From Piedraia hortae CBS 480.64 (lineage: Eukaryota), in contig MU005998.1 in the NCBI GenBank assembly GCA_010093745.1, positions 123,135 through 143,134 of the forward strand: a stretch of 20,000 bases of DNA, read 5' to 3'. The notes below the pieces were generated by a model. It was not told where the DNA came from. It was given only the letters and a program-made list of their open reading frames with translations, and made no database searches. The translations under genes were made by a program, and so were the position numbers. Positions 10,732-20,000 of this stretch are shown one piece after another (positions within the stretch are counted from its first letter, which is position 1; each line of letters begins with the position of its first letter).

Positions 10732-12147
10732 ATGGCATTTGACGGTTTGCCCGACTGTCTTTTGGCCTGGCTGCATAATGCCCTTCTGGAGTACGAAGAC
10801 CGTCAAAAGGCCTATGCGGATGTTGTCAACGCCCTTTCTCGCGAGCGCTCACTGCGGCCTCGAATGGAAGCGTATACGGCAGAAAACGGGACCTCATCCT
10901 TGCTGCTAGTCCTTGCAGGCACTTTGAAGGTAAATGTCAAGGGAGTCTTCTATCACTTTCCCGTATCATTGTGGGTTCCCAGACTCTACCCGCACGAACC
11001 GCCTTTAGTTTATGTCACACCGAGGCAGGGCACGACTATTCAACCTGGCCACCATGTTGCGGTTGATGGCCGTGTTTGCCACCCTTACCTGCGAGACTGG
11101 GGGCAGTCGCAGGGTCGTGCCAGTATAGTAGAATTTCTGGATATCCTAACCGGTGTTCTCGAGCATGAGCAGCCGATAAATGAGGCAGGGCCTCCATTGC
11201 CACCTAAAGGTTATAATTCTGACAAGAAAGTGGCTCATTCTCAAGGCTTGCCTCCTCCTCGGCCACCAAAGCCTTGGGGGGCCCGCCAGCAGACTGAACA
11301 GGTCGAAGCTCGCTATAGAGCACCGTTGCCCTTACCCAGCCAAGTACTGCCCCAACAAATACCTCAGTGGACGTCTCTTCAGCGACAGCAAAGATATCTT
11401 CAATCTCCCCAGCAACTCCCCCTAAAGTCCCATTCCGGGCTTCCAACTCATTATTTCTCGTTTTATCGGCCAGAGTTTCAGTCAAGGCTATTCCAGCTTC
11501 GAGCAGATTCACCACAATATCCAAGGCCAAACTCGAGAGAGATACACTCGAGTGATGTGTCCCACAGAGCACGTAAAGCCCCTCAAGACCTGCTCTCCGA
11601 TGCTTTTGAAAAGTCTCAGCCTGTTGTAGAAAATCCTATCCCTCCCATTGCTCCGAACCCCGAAAAAGAACGGCTCCTCCAGTTGCTATCAACATCATTT
11701 GCTGCACAAGCACGGTCCAAGGTCGATCAGGCCAAGACGGCGGCCTCTGACCTCCAAGCGCAGGCACAAGCTCTTACGAAAGCCCAGTCCAGATTAGAAT
11801 CAGAGCTTGCCTTTTTAGAGTCTCTTTCGTTAACGCTGGATGCTAACGAGCGTATTCTACATCAAGCAATCGCCGACTGTGAACGCACTGCTCAACTGGC
11901 TGGGAAGAAGCCTGAACCTCCTATTGATGAGATTTTGTTGGCGCCAACAACTGTGGAAAACCAACTTTGGAGTCTTTGCGCTGATGAGGCGGCTTGTCGA
12001 GAGGCAATGGGTGTCCTTCTCCCCGCCTTGGATAGAGGTCGTATTAGCACTGAAGTTTTTGTCAAGCAGATGCGCGCACTCAGCCGCGAGGCATTTCAGA
12101 AAATGGCACTTGCACGGAAATGTGCCCATAGACTCGGCCTTGACTAG
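10732..12147 (+). CDS. VPS23: ESCRT-I subunit Vps23/Stp22 (TSG101 homologue), 471 aa
   Basis: N-terminal UEV domain (LLLVLAGTL..YHFPVSLWVPRLYPHEPPLVYVTP..HVAVDGRVCHPYLRDW), proline-rich linker, coiled coil, and C-terminal Vps23 core/SB box (IDEILLAPTTVENQLWSLCADEAA..LDRGRI..FVKQMRALSREAF). ATG at 10732; no intron is needed. Confidence 0.95.
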   Translation: MAFDGLPDCLLAWLHNALLEYEDRQKAYADVVNALSRERSLRPRMEAYTAENGTSSLLLVLAGTLKVNVKGVFYHFPVSLWVPRLYPHEPPLVYVTPRQGTTIQPGHHVAVDGRVCHPYLRDWGQSQGRASIVEFLDILTGVLEHEQPINEAGPPLPPKGYNSDKKVAHSQGLPPPRPPKPWGARQQTEQVEARYRAPLPLPSQVLPQQIPQWTSLQRQQRYLQSPQQLPLKSHSGLPTHYFSFYRPEFQSRLFQLRADSPQYPRPNSREIHSSDVSHRARKAPQDLLSDAFEKSQPVVENPIPPIAPNPEKERLLQLLSTSFAAQARSKVDQAKTAASDLQAQAQALTKAQSRLESELAFLESLSLTLDANERILHQAIADCERTAQLAGKKPEPPIDEILLAPTTVENQLWSLCADEAACREAMGVLLPALDRGRISTEVFVKQMRALSREAFQKMALARKCAHRLGLD

Positions 12148-12712
12148 ATACAGGAACCGGCTGAAAGCCGCACAATGTCATATATATATCAGAAACTTTG
12201 CGACAAGTTCTCTACCAAGACATCCTGTCATGTTTGTGGCTTTTCGAAGTTAATCCACGCACAATAGTGTTAGACTACCTCTATCACGATCTTCCGACGT
12301 TCTACAGCGAATCGACGAAGGTGTGGTGTAAAACTGAGGTATTGTATAAGGTATTTCTATTTTCTGCGGTCGAGCGGCGAGGAGCCGCTCTTGAACCTTA
12401 GTTCTACATCACCTCTTCCAAGATACACATGGCTAGCGGCCATCAGTGGTTGATAAGAAACTCCTGAATCTTCGTGTTACATGTCGCTCCCGCAGCAGGC
12501 GGGCCTGTAACATAGCCTATACTTTCTTATGTCAACATCCGTCATAGAGACAAGTGCCAACAAGCGCGAAATTACAGGCCGAAGTTATTCCGAAAAAGTT
12601 TGGTTTCTAAAGCACCAGCTATCAAAGTCCAACTGATATTTCGAACTGACGATTGCATTTCAAACTTGCTCTTTGGAATCTGCTGGACTACTACTGGCTT
12701 ATCCACAGTCTC

Positions 12713-14100
12713 ATGACAATGCCACCCAACATCTATATTCCACAGGACCCGATCATAATGATTCTCAAAGAGCTTGAAGGTGAAGGTGCCACTCTCTTCA
12801 ATAGTTGCTTGGTGTGTTATGAGTGGTTTCCCTTCGCCATCGAACTACTCTGGCGCAGCCCGCCGGTCAGGGCGATCGCGCATCCCTGCTTGCAGTCCAA
12901 GGTCTACTACGTTGAGAAAGTGAAAAGTCTCGCGATTCAGACTATCAGCAATTATTTCAAGCCATCCTTGACATCAGTTTCCCCAGCGTAGCGCGTTTAT
13001 GCCCTAGGCAACTTCGGTATGATTTCGATGGTGAACAAGTGGCCGAGATTTTAACGGACTTTTTATCCTTTTGTTTCGGTTGTTGGGACTCAAATGTCGT
13101 GGTTTGAAAATATTTACCATCCAGGTCAACAACGAATTTTGGACAGTGGACTTTTTTTCTGCATCGCTGCTCGTGCTCCCAAGTCTAAAAGTAGTTCATC
13201 TTGAAAGTGCGACAGAACACGAACCCGCTTGGAATAACCTGTTGCATTTCTTAGCATTCTAATCTGACTGAGCTTTCCATCTTACCAAGCATTACGCATG
13301 CCTCCTTCCAGAACCTGCTCGCGCTGTCGAACGTTACCTTTCCTCCGTCGGATGTTGCCTTTTTTCCTGTTACGAACTGGCCCTTTCGTCCCATAGTTGT
13401 TTCATGGGTGTGGTTCACCAGTCGCGCGCGCTTTCTGTACAGGAGCTCATGAGTATATAGTAGGCCCTCTGGCCCTCTATAGCCTCCATACGAGACAATG
13501 TCTTGCTCGAACCCGGGTCTGCGCACACCCCCAGTGTTTCCCTTCACATCCACGCTGTAAAGACCAACATTAGGTCTTGCCTGGGATAGTGTGCCCAATC
13601 TCGCATATCTGGTGCCCAACTTGACAAGCTTCACCTTATTGTTAGTGGCGAAGACCCAGCAGTTGACATCTTTTGGAGGATTAGTTGGCTTACCACTCTG
13701 CGAGACTTGAATTTTGAGATTGAGGATCGCTAGGGTATTGACAAAATGCACGTACATCACCTACGCTGGCTGGAGGATCTTGGGTCTTTGAAAATTCACT
13801 GCTGGTCCGGTAGGGATGAACTGCTGGGTGATGACGAGTTCCGGGCTCGCGACGATAGAGTACCTGATGCAATTAGGACGACGCTATCCTATGCTCACAT
13901 CCTGCAAATGGAATCAAGTTTCACCTGTTGATGTTAGTCGGGAGCCAGTTTTTATAGGTTAAGGCGACTGGTAACCTCACTTCCTCTAGAGTCTTGGTAG
14001 TAACGTAGTAATAACAACATTGTCTTTCGTGCCACCCCCTATTTCTATATTCACTATCAACTTGCTTGTCTTGGAAACGTCTATTGATCCTCTCTTTCCG
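12713..14100 (+). pseudogene. F-box/leucine-rich-repeat protein pseudogene (3' end approximate)
   Basis: F-box-like start IPQDPIIMILKELEGEGATLFNSCLVCYEWFPFAIELLW. LRR-like segments follow in shifting frames (LDISFPSVARL, KCRGLKIFTI, LPSLKVVHL, LTELSI, LTTLRDLNF, LEDLGSLKI), broken by frameshifts and stops with no convincing introns. Confidence 0.55.
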
Positions 14101-14715
14101 TATTTGAAGACAGTCAGTGTCACGGAACCATACCACAGCCACGTGACCCGATACCTCACCTCCAGCTCATGGTGTAGTTAGCTCTTACGTAAGGCGCAAC
14201 ACAGATGTACGGATAGCATAGTCCGTGCCGTGACGCTCATTTTGGTAGACGGAGTACTCACGGAATAGCCTAAATGATAAGGATTTCCCCACTTTGCTTT
14301 TCCAGGAGGTAATTGCTAACTGTTGTACGGGCTTGCCATAGCAAAGGGGTTACAAAAAGTCCTTAAGCACGTACACCCGATTTGAAGGAGTTGATCCCTG
14401 ATAAGGCGAGCCTTGCTGGGAAGGTCATTGGGAAGCTTTTCAACTTTGATCTTACAGAATATAATTGGAGCGGGCCCATGGAGGAGATTTGCTTGTCACT
14501 ACGAACATGAACATTGTCTACAATGCAGAAGTCAAGCCTAAGATTGCAAATCAATTGATCATCACAACAATTGCCATGAGAATCATCTTACAGACTAGCA
14601 AGGCTAAGACCCAATTAAAAAGAATATTTTAGCAGTGTAACCATCCATGATACTCTACAATTAAGTAGTCTACTAACCCCAACCTCAGCGCATGGACTGT
14701 AATTAACTGCGTAAA

Positions 14716-14949
14716 CTATACCCCCCTCCTTGAAGGCAGGTGTGTAATGTTATCGAACTCGACCCCCGATTCTCGCCTTTGAGTACTGCGACGACTAGGC
14801 GTGCGAGAGACTTGAGCGCTAGCTTTGGCAGCTGCTGCTTTGCGCCGCTTTAGCATCACATATAAGACGTAGATGCCCACCACAATGGCTAGAATCAGCA
14901 CAACTAAGATAAACACGACAATGCCTGTTGAAATCTTTTGCTGGCCCAT
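14716..14949 (-). CDS. Small single-pass membrane protein (77 aa)
   Basis: ATG start, ~24-residue hydrophobic stretch (IVVFILVVLILAIVVGIYVLYVML) directly followed by KRRK (positive-inside rule), then an S/R-rich tail. Confidence 0.6.
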   Translation of the reverse strand: MGQQKISTGIVVFILVVLILAIVVGIYVLYVMLKRRKAAAAKASAQVSRTPSRRSTQRRESGVEFDNITHLPSRRGV

Positions 14950-15568
14950 GGTTGGTAATTGTCAAAGGCAGAGAAGATTGCTGTTGTATGCTTGCTTCAG
15001 GATAGGAAGAAAATCTGTTTAATAGGGACCCGAGAGTCGTGATTTTTTTCTTTGATTTCACTGACGGGTTCGAGTGAAGACATGTGCTGCGGTCATGAAA
15101 ACGGCAGAGGCGAACTCGGAGCAATGTTGCGTGAAGGCATTAGATCACTTATCTTAGATGAGAGGTCACACATACCGGTTGAAGTCCATGGGTAGGCCGT
15201 AGACTACGAATTACTTCCTGCCAAGCTATGGTGTCGACGGTGGTGTTTTCGGTATGTGATACATGGGATGATGGCCAGAGCTGATACCCAGCCACCATAG
15301 CATGTTCGAACGTGAATGAGCCAGGCGCCAGAAACGTCTCCATGCCAAGCAATTGATTGACAAAGTCCTCGAAGATAAGATAAAGCGATACCCTGCCATA
15401 CGCTTAACAGCACGATTGTTTGATCGGACGGTCTAAACGGAAGGGCTAGTGGTGAGACCAGCCTCAACATTGATCGAAACACGAACGGTTGGCATAGTCC
15501 ATTCTTCAACCCTTAAGTGCCATAGATCAATCACACCCTCCTTTAAACGTCGGTTGGAATTTATCAGC

Positions 15569-16024
15569 CTAGCCCCCAGTGGCACCGTTGCCCGTTAATC
15601 CGACCTCAACGCCCTGAACTCCTTCTAAATCCCCATTACAATCATCACCATCGATAACGTCTTCATCTAAGTGCCGCATGACCTGCAAGACCAGCGCTAG
15701 ATTCTCAAAGTACCCATTGACTGCAACCCTCAACATTCTATCTGTGGAAGCTTCGTAATCCGTTTGCAAAACAACTCTCTCACTGGAGGACATTGTGCCG
15801 TTTGGTTTGTCATCGTCTTTACCTCCTTCCAAAGCCGGTGCTATTAGAGTAAACTTTCGCCTTACAAACTTGGAAAGCTCTTCATCAACGCTCAAAGTGC
15901 CCATGGCAATCGCTGCCAATCGTTCTGTTGGAAACGTTGTTTGGATTTTTCTTCAAGTGTTAGGACTGTCCGTACTTCGAGCGGAAAGATGAACGCACAA
16001 GCAAACTGGAAGCACCTCTGCCAT
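15569..16024 (-). CDS. PCC1: KEOPS/EKC complex subunit Pcc1, 135 aa; exons 16024-15999 and 15950-15569
   Basis: Splicing a 48-nt intron at 15998-15951 (GTGCGT donor, CCTAAC branch, AAG acceptor) gives MAEVLPVCLKIQTTFPTERLAAIAMGTLSVDEELSKFVRRKF...VLQTDYEASTDRMLRVAVNGYFENLALV. This carries the Pcc1 signature (FP..RLA..A...L.VD.EL..R..MLRV.VN). Confidence 0.9.
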
Positions 16025-16085
16025 GCTTGATGGAATGAAATCGTGCTGGGTGTTGCTGTGACGTCGGCTTGGGGCACTTACAAAC

Positions 16086-16095
16086 TAGGGTTAGG
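16086..16095 (-). promoter_or_regulatory. Telomere-repeat-like box CCTAACCCTA upstream of PCC1
   Basis: TAGGGTTAGG on the plus strand, about 62 nt upstream of the PCC1 ATG; identical to the VPS23 box. Confidence 0.4.
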
Positions 16096-16100
16096 TTTGT

Positions 16101-16109
16101 GATTCGAAC
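16101..16109 (-). promoter_or_regulatory. Extragenic Pol III B box for U6
   Basis: GTTCGAATC on the minus strand is a full match to GWTCRANNC. It lies about 130 nt past the U6 terminator, similar to the S. cerevisiae SNR6 arrangement. Confidence 0.7.
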
Positions 16110-16238
16110 TTGCGACCTTTCGTACCTGACCCCTTTTTTTCCTTGCAGCCACGGACATTCCCATCAGGCCGGGAAAAAGGCAAAGGAAATACGCTAGGTA
16201 CGTTCAGAAGACAGGGCAGGGCTACGGTGTAAAAATGC

Positions 16239-16339
16239 AAAAAAACTGGAAGCACTCTTTGTTTGCATGTGTCATCCTTAGTGCAGGGGCCATGCTAATC
16301 TTCTCTGTATTGTTTCAAATTGACCAAATGCCCGAAGGC
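16239..16339 (-). ncRNA. U6: U6 spliceosomal snRNA (intronless)
   Basis: The minus strand reads GCCTTCGGGCATTTGGTCAATTTGAAACAATACAGAGAAGATTAGCATGGCCCCTGCACTAAGGATGACAC...CCAGTTTTTTT. It has a 5' UUCG hairpin, ACAGAGA box (16302-16308), AGC triad, ISL, internal A box TGGTCAATTTG (16326-16316) and T7 terminator (16239-16245). Confidence 0.98.
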
Positions 16340-16361
16340 AACAATTAGTGGGAAATCTATC

Positions 16362-16370
16362 ATATATATA
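16362..16370. promoter_or_regulatory. TATA box (TATATATA) for U6
   Basis: Symmetric (TA)n tract about 23-31 nt upstream of the U6 start. Confidence 0.7.
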
Positions 16371-16462
16371 CAACACTATGCTGGTATCGGGATTTTGCCG
16401 AACTCACTCCATCTCGCGTCGTCAACTCCCAACAACGATCTTACCGTTTACGAATGTAAACA

Positions 16463-19018
16463 ATGGACTGGACCGGCGGCGCACGACGAAGGTTTGCTCA
16501 ACGTGAAGATACAGTTGTACAGAAGCAAAGGGCACATTTTGCCAGCGTGAGAGCAGCGCAGAATGCCGCACAGGAACGCCAGCCTGAGCCACGAGGCGCT
16601 GCCATAGGGAAGCAACCCATCGCCAATCTCGATGCTGAGGCAGGTCTGATCAGGTCGCATACTCAGGCCGCGTATGTTGCGACGAGGCAACAGGCTGGAC
16701 CGACAACTTGTCCCAGCGCAGAGGACGAGCTGCTTCTGATTCAACGTCGCCGCTTGCTAGCCAAACCAGATTGGCCTGGAATTGCCACTGCGCGGCCAGT
16801 TCGAATGAGGTTTCCATCGGTTGCTGAGAAAGATAGGATAGGAAAGAGACGAAGAGTCGAATCCAAACCCATGGAAGACGCAGCTCAAACACCTTCGTCG
16901 GCAATGTTTATGAGCGAAGTCGATTCGACTGTAAATTTCAAAGTGGGCACTGAGGCTCTGAAGAGTCAAACCGTGACCATGCCGAAGAGCACTGTGGTAG
17001 GTACCAGTTTGAGACACATGTCGGGGCCAGTAATAGGCCCTTCGTCTCTGTATCTGAAGAGGGCTCAAGAGGCAGATCTTCCATCAATCTCTAGAAGATC
17101 TCCTGTGGACCATCTGAGTGACATGCCGACATCGCACAGAAATGTGTCATCTGACTTAGAGTCTATCTCCGAAGAATCGATGCTTCTAGGTGATGATGGA
17201 GACCAATCCGAACTTAATCTAAAGAAAATGTCTCTCGTCCAAAGTGCTGCGCCTCAAGTGCCACAGATGTTTTCCCATCATGGCACAACTTCAATGCCGT
17301 TCGAATGGAGTTCCACGATTCACGATGCTGTAGAGGACAAACCTTTGCGTCACTTTCAGAACGAAGAGGAACACGGTGAACTATCAGCACTTCTGAAATC
17401 GAAGGCGGGGATTGTCCATCCTTCACCCGAATTGAGTATAGAGGAAGTGATTGCAGCTCGGGGTCTCAATGATCAAACCAGAAGAATTGAGAATTGGCGC
17501 CACAAAAGCTGCACACAACTAGGAATATCTGCCATTTGCCGTTATTCAGGATCCCCGTCTAAGTTCGATCAGGATCGCGCTGACTTACATCTAGAGGTAG
17601 CAGATGGTATATCTGGCTCAGGCGCCAGAAGAACGAGGGAGGAACAAGCTGTCCACAATCCTAGTGGTACTCGTGGCAATGACACCCACACACTTTCCAC
17701 TCCTCATATCCCTAGGACTACCGCGAACTGCAACGTTGCCAACCCGTCCGAAAACCCAACTATTAGCCAGCGGTGTCATAACTTAGCACCTTCAACCTCT
17801 GCGGTATCCCACTTCCATATTCGAGTAGGAGAGTCTGGTCTTCACGAACAAAGCAGGTGTATGATTGACTTGAGAGCAGAAAATGGCACTTTCAACTTAT
17901 TACGTGCCACTAACAAGACTCCTATGGAGTTGAGTGTCCATTCCAAGGAAGAGGAGCCACGAAGAAGGCCACTTGGCGTGAGAGACTATCCAAACACTGT
18001 TCAGTATGGTGCGGATGGATTCTCAACACTGCCTCAGAACGAACTCGACATGGTCGATGATTCGAAGTCTAGAATGTCGACTGCGGAAAGGCAGCCAGAA
18101 GGTATGACTGAGACGGACCGAATTGAGGTAGGCATGGATGCCAAACCTGAGCAACCATTGAAGAAGTCCACCGGCATTGAGATCAATCCTCGAGCTGGGC
18201 CACGCGCTCTGGAGGGTGTCCTTGCTCCGCAAGAACATGCTAATTTATCCCCGAGGGCCTCTGATGCCAGACACAACCATGGCATAGAAACAGCATTTAA
18301 CAACGAAGGAACGTCTACTGGGCGCTACCAATCGCAGAAAAACGCGGCCGTCAAGCAGCCTTCTCGCGCCCCGGAGCCCAATCCCGAACCGGACCTCAAG
18401 CTCGAACCTATTGAAGGTAGGGTCTTGCGAGCTTCATCTACAATTTCATCACCTACAGTCAGCCAATACTTTAATACGTCCCGGGCAAATACAGACTTTC
18501 TATCAGAGGTGCAGGAACACAGCAGAAACGACATCAGTGCAGATTACTTCGCGGATAATTTATCCTTGGGTAAGAGTCAATCTGTATTTGAGCCCAGGCA
18601 ATAGGATCATCAAGTTGATAATGTCCTAGGCCATATCACAAGTCAAACAACTCAACAGGGCCAACCCAACCAGGACCCTGATCATACGATCAAGCAGCAT
18701 ATGGTAGAAACCGAAGATGAAGAAACCTTCTGGCGCAAACTAATGAAAATCTCCACGAACACAATCAGCAGCACGAGCAATGCCAACGAACCACAATTAG
18801 ATGAAACGGTTAACGAGCACGTGGGAACCTCTGAAGAGCTGAATCCAGTGGTAAAATTGAGATCTTCCTCACCTCAAGCTACTCTAAGTTGTTCACAGTA
18901 TTGGAATGATCAGTCCTTGCAGCAAATCGGCTTTGGAGAAGAGGCGCTAGCCAGTGAAGTTTCGGTCTTCACTATCAGTGGGCTTGGAACTTCGGACATT
19001 GCTACAGTAGGGAGTTGA
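16463..19018 (+). CDS. Large, mostly disordered fungal hypothetical protein with MxWTGG N-terminal motif; probably exons 16463-18569 and 18630-19018
   Basis: A 713-aa ORF begins MDWTGGARRR..QKQRAHFA and contains a second block, RRRLLAKPDWPGI..PVRMRF..IGKRRR. The 18701-19018 ORF is in the same frame, separated by a single TAG (18602-18604). That TAG lies inside a candidate 60-nt GTAAGA...TAG intron (18570-18629). Confidence 0.7.
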
Positions 19019-19200
19019 CATGAGATGAGGAGTAAGGTTCATCCTAACATCGTGCCATATATCGGCTAATCTTCACTTCAGAATTCGTCGGACCCCTCTG
19101 GGACACCGCCTGAGGACCTTTGAGCAGTCGTCCTCTCTTGATAATGTATTATGAGACGCAAAGATCAAATCGGCGGGGTCTAGGTGGCCAGTCATGAGGT

Positions 19201-19920
19201 CTATCCCCATTGCTTGAGCCCTTCCGCTAGACCTCCTGTCTAGGACAGTAGACCTTTACTCACACTGATTTCACCACTGACATGCAGAAGTCCGGAGAAT
19301 CTTGGAAGAACAATGGTCATGTCAATAGAAGCATTTGAGGGGCCAATCAGTTAATCAGTTCATCACGAGGCTACGATGATACCCCCGAGGGTTAGATCAG
19401 CCGCCCAATAGGTCCATTCGTGGTTTGTATAGAACTGACAGTAGAGATATACTAATCTCAGCTCATCGTGAACCCTCGAGAGCATGCAGTAGGGCTTCCC
19501 TTCCATGGGGGTAGCCGAAATGCTTTGCATCAATCGGCGACAGTGCAGTGTGGAGCTGTTAGAAGGTGTGACGCGGGTGAAACCAGATGCTTGTGCCAAG
19601 CAAATATGCGTGCTCAGATCATTTATGGGTTTCAGATGGATTTATTTTCTGCGGTTTGCGGCCTGGCCCCAGGCAAAGCCAGCCCTCATTAAGATAGAGT
19701 TCTCATCATTGTTTTCTTATCCAGCGCTCATCACCCATATGTTCTCATATAGTCCATTGAAAGTCACTGAGAGAAAAGCTGTGGTCGTGTTTGAGCTGTT
19801 GGATCCAACCACATGCTATGGATGCTGGGACCGCACGAGTGCAGTTACGTGGTTTGTTATGAACGCTATGTCCCGTCTACGTTTTGACATTCCTGGTGAC
19901 ATTGTCAAAGGGACCGGACC
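19201..19920 (-). pseudogene. Possible flavin-containing amine/L-amino-acid oxidase C-terminal relic
   Basis: One minus-strand frame with several stops reads K*IHLK..DLSTHIC..PS..LSRVH..FYTNHEWTYWAAD..GG..PRFSGLLHVSGE. This loosely follows recalled LAAO C-terminal motifs (KV.I.F, TDLP.R..VYPS, LARLH, W..D...G, G.LH..GE). The match is weak. Confidence 0.3.
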
Positions 19921-19941
19921 GTGACGGGCCGAGACGAAGAC

Positions 19942-20000
19942 TATTATAATTGTGAGCAGATGTGTACCTGCATACAAATCTCTACGGAAAACTAGTTGAC
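19942..20000 (-). repeat. Right arm of the perfect inverted repeat (truncated by the window end)
   Basis: Its reverse complement is identical to 10404-10462 over all 59 visible bases. Confidence 0.97.

Noticed and set aside
14671..14688. TACTAAC branch point followed by CAG on the plus strand
   Set aside because: No good upstream donor or associated ORF or snoRNA boxes were found.
16650..18534. Multiple minus-strand ORFs inside the large gene (likewise those overlapping VPS23 and 2429-3233)
   Set aside because: These are antisense or shadow frames of longer coding sequences with no independent motifs.
19505..19924. 139-aa plus-strand ORF
   Set aside because: No recognisable domain; it is probably the antisense shadow of the minus-strand relic.

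Overview
Eukaryotic DNA, most likely from a filamentous ascomycete (Pezizomycotina-type protein and U6 sequences; short ~50-60 nt introns). The left part (~1-8700) is a decayed mobile-element zone. It holds a Copia-like retrotransposon protease relic (~419-865), a ~3.2 kb frameshifted CMC/EnSpm-Plavaka-like DDE transposase on the minus strand (4073-7243) and orphan ORFs. The right part is gene-dense: an unusual mini-MEX67 paralogue (RRM joined to TAP-C, with no LRR or NTF2-like domain), VPS23/STP22, an F-box/LRR pseudogene, a 77-aa single-pass membrane ORF and spliced PCC1. It also holds a U6 snRNA gene with TATA, internal A box and a far-downstream B box, a large 'MxWTGG' hypothetical gene, and a weak flavin amine-oxidase-like relic. 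A perfect inverted repeat of at least 59 bp (10404-10462 vs 19942-20000, running off the window) brackets the 9.5 kb VPS23-to-oxidase-relic block. All family assignments are from recalled motifs; no database search was run.
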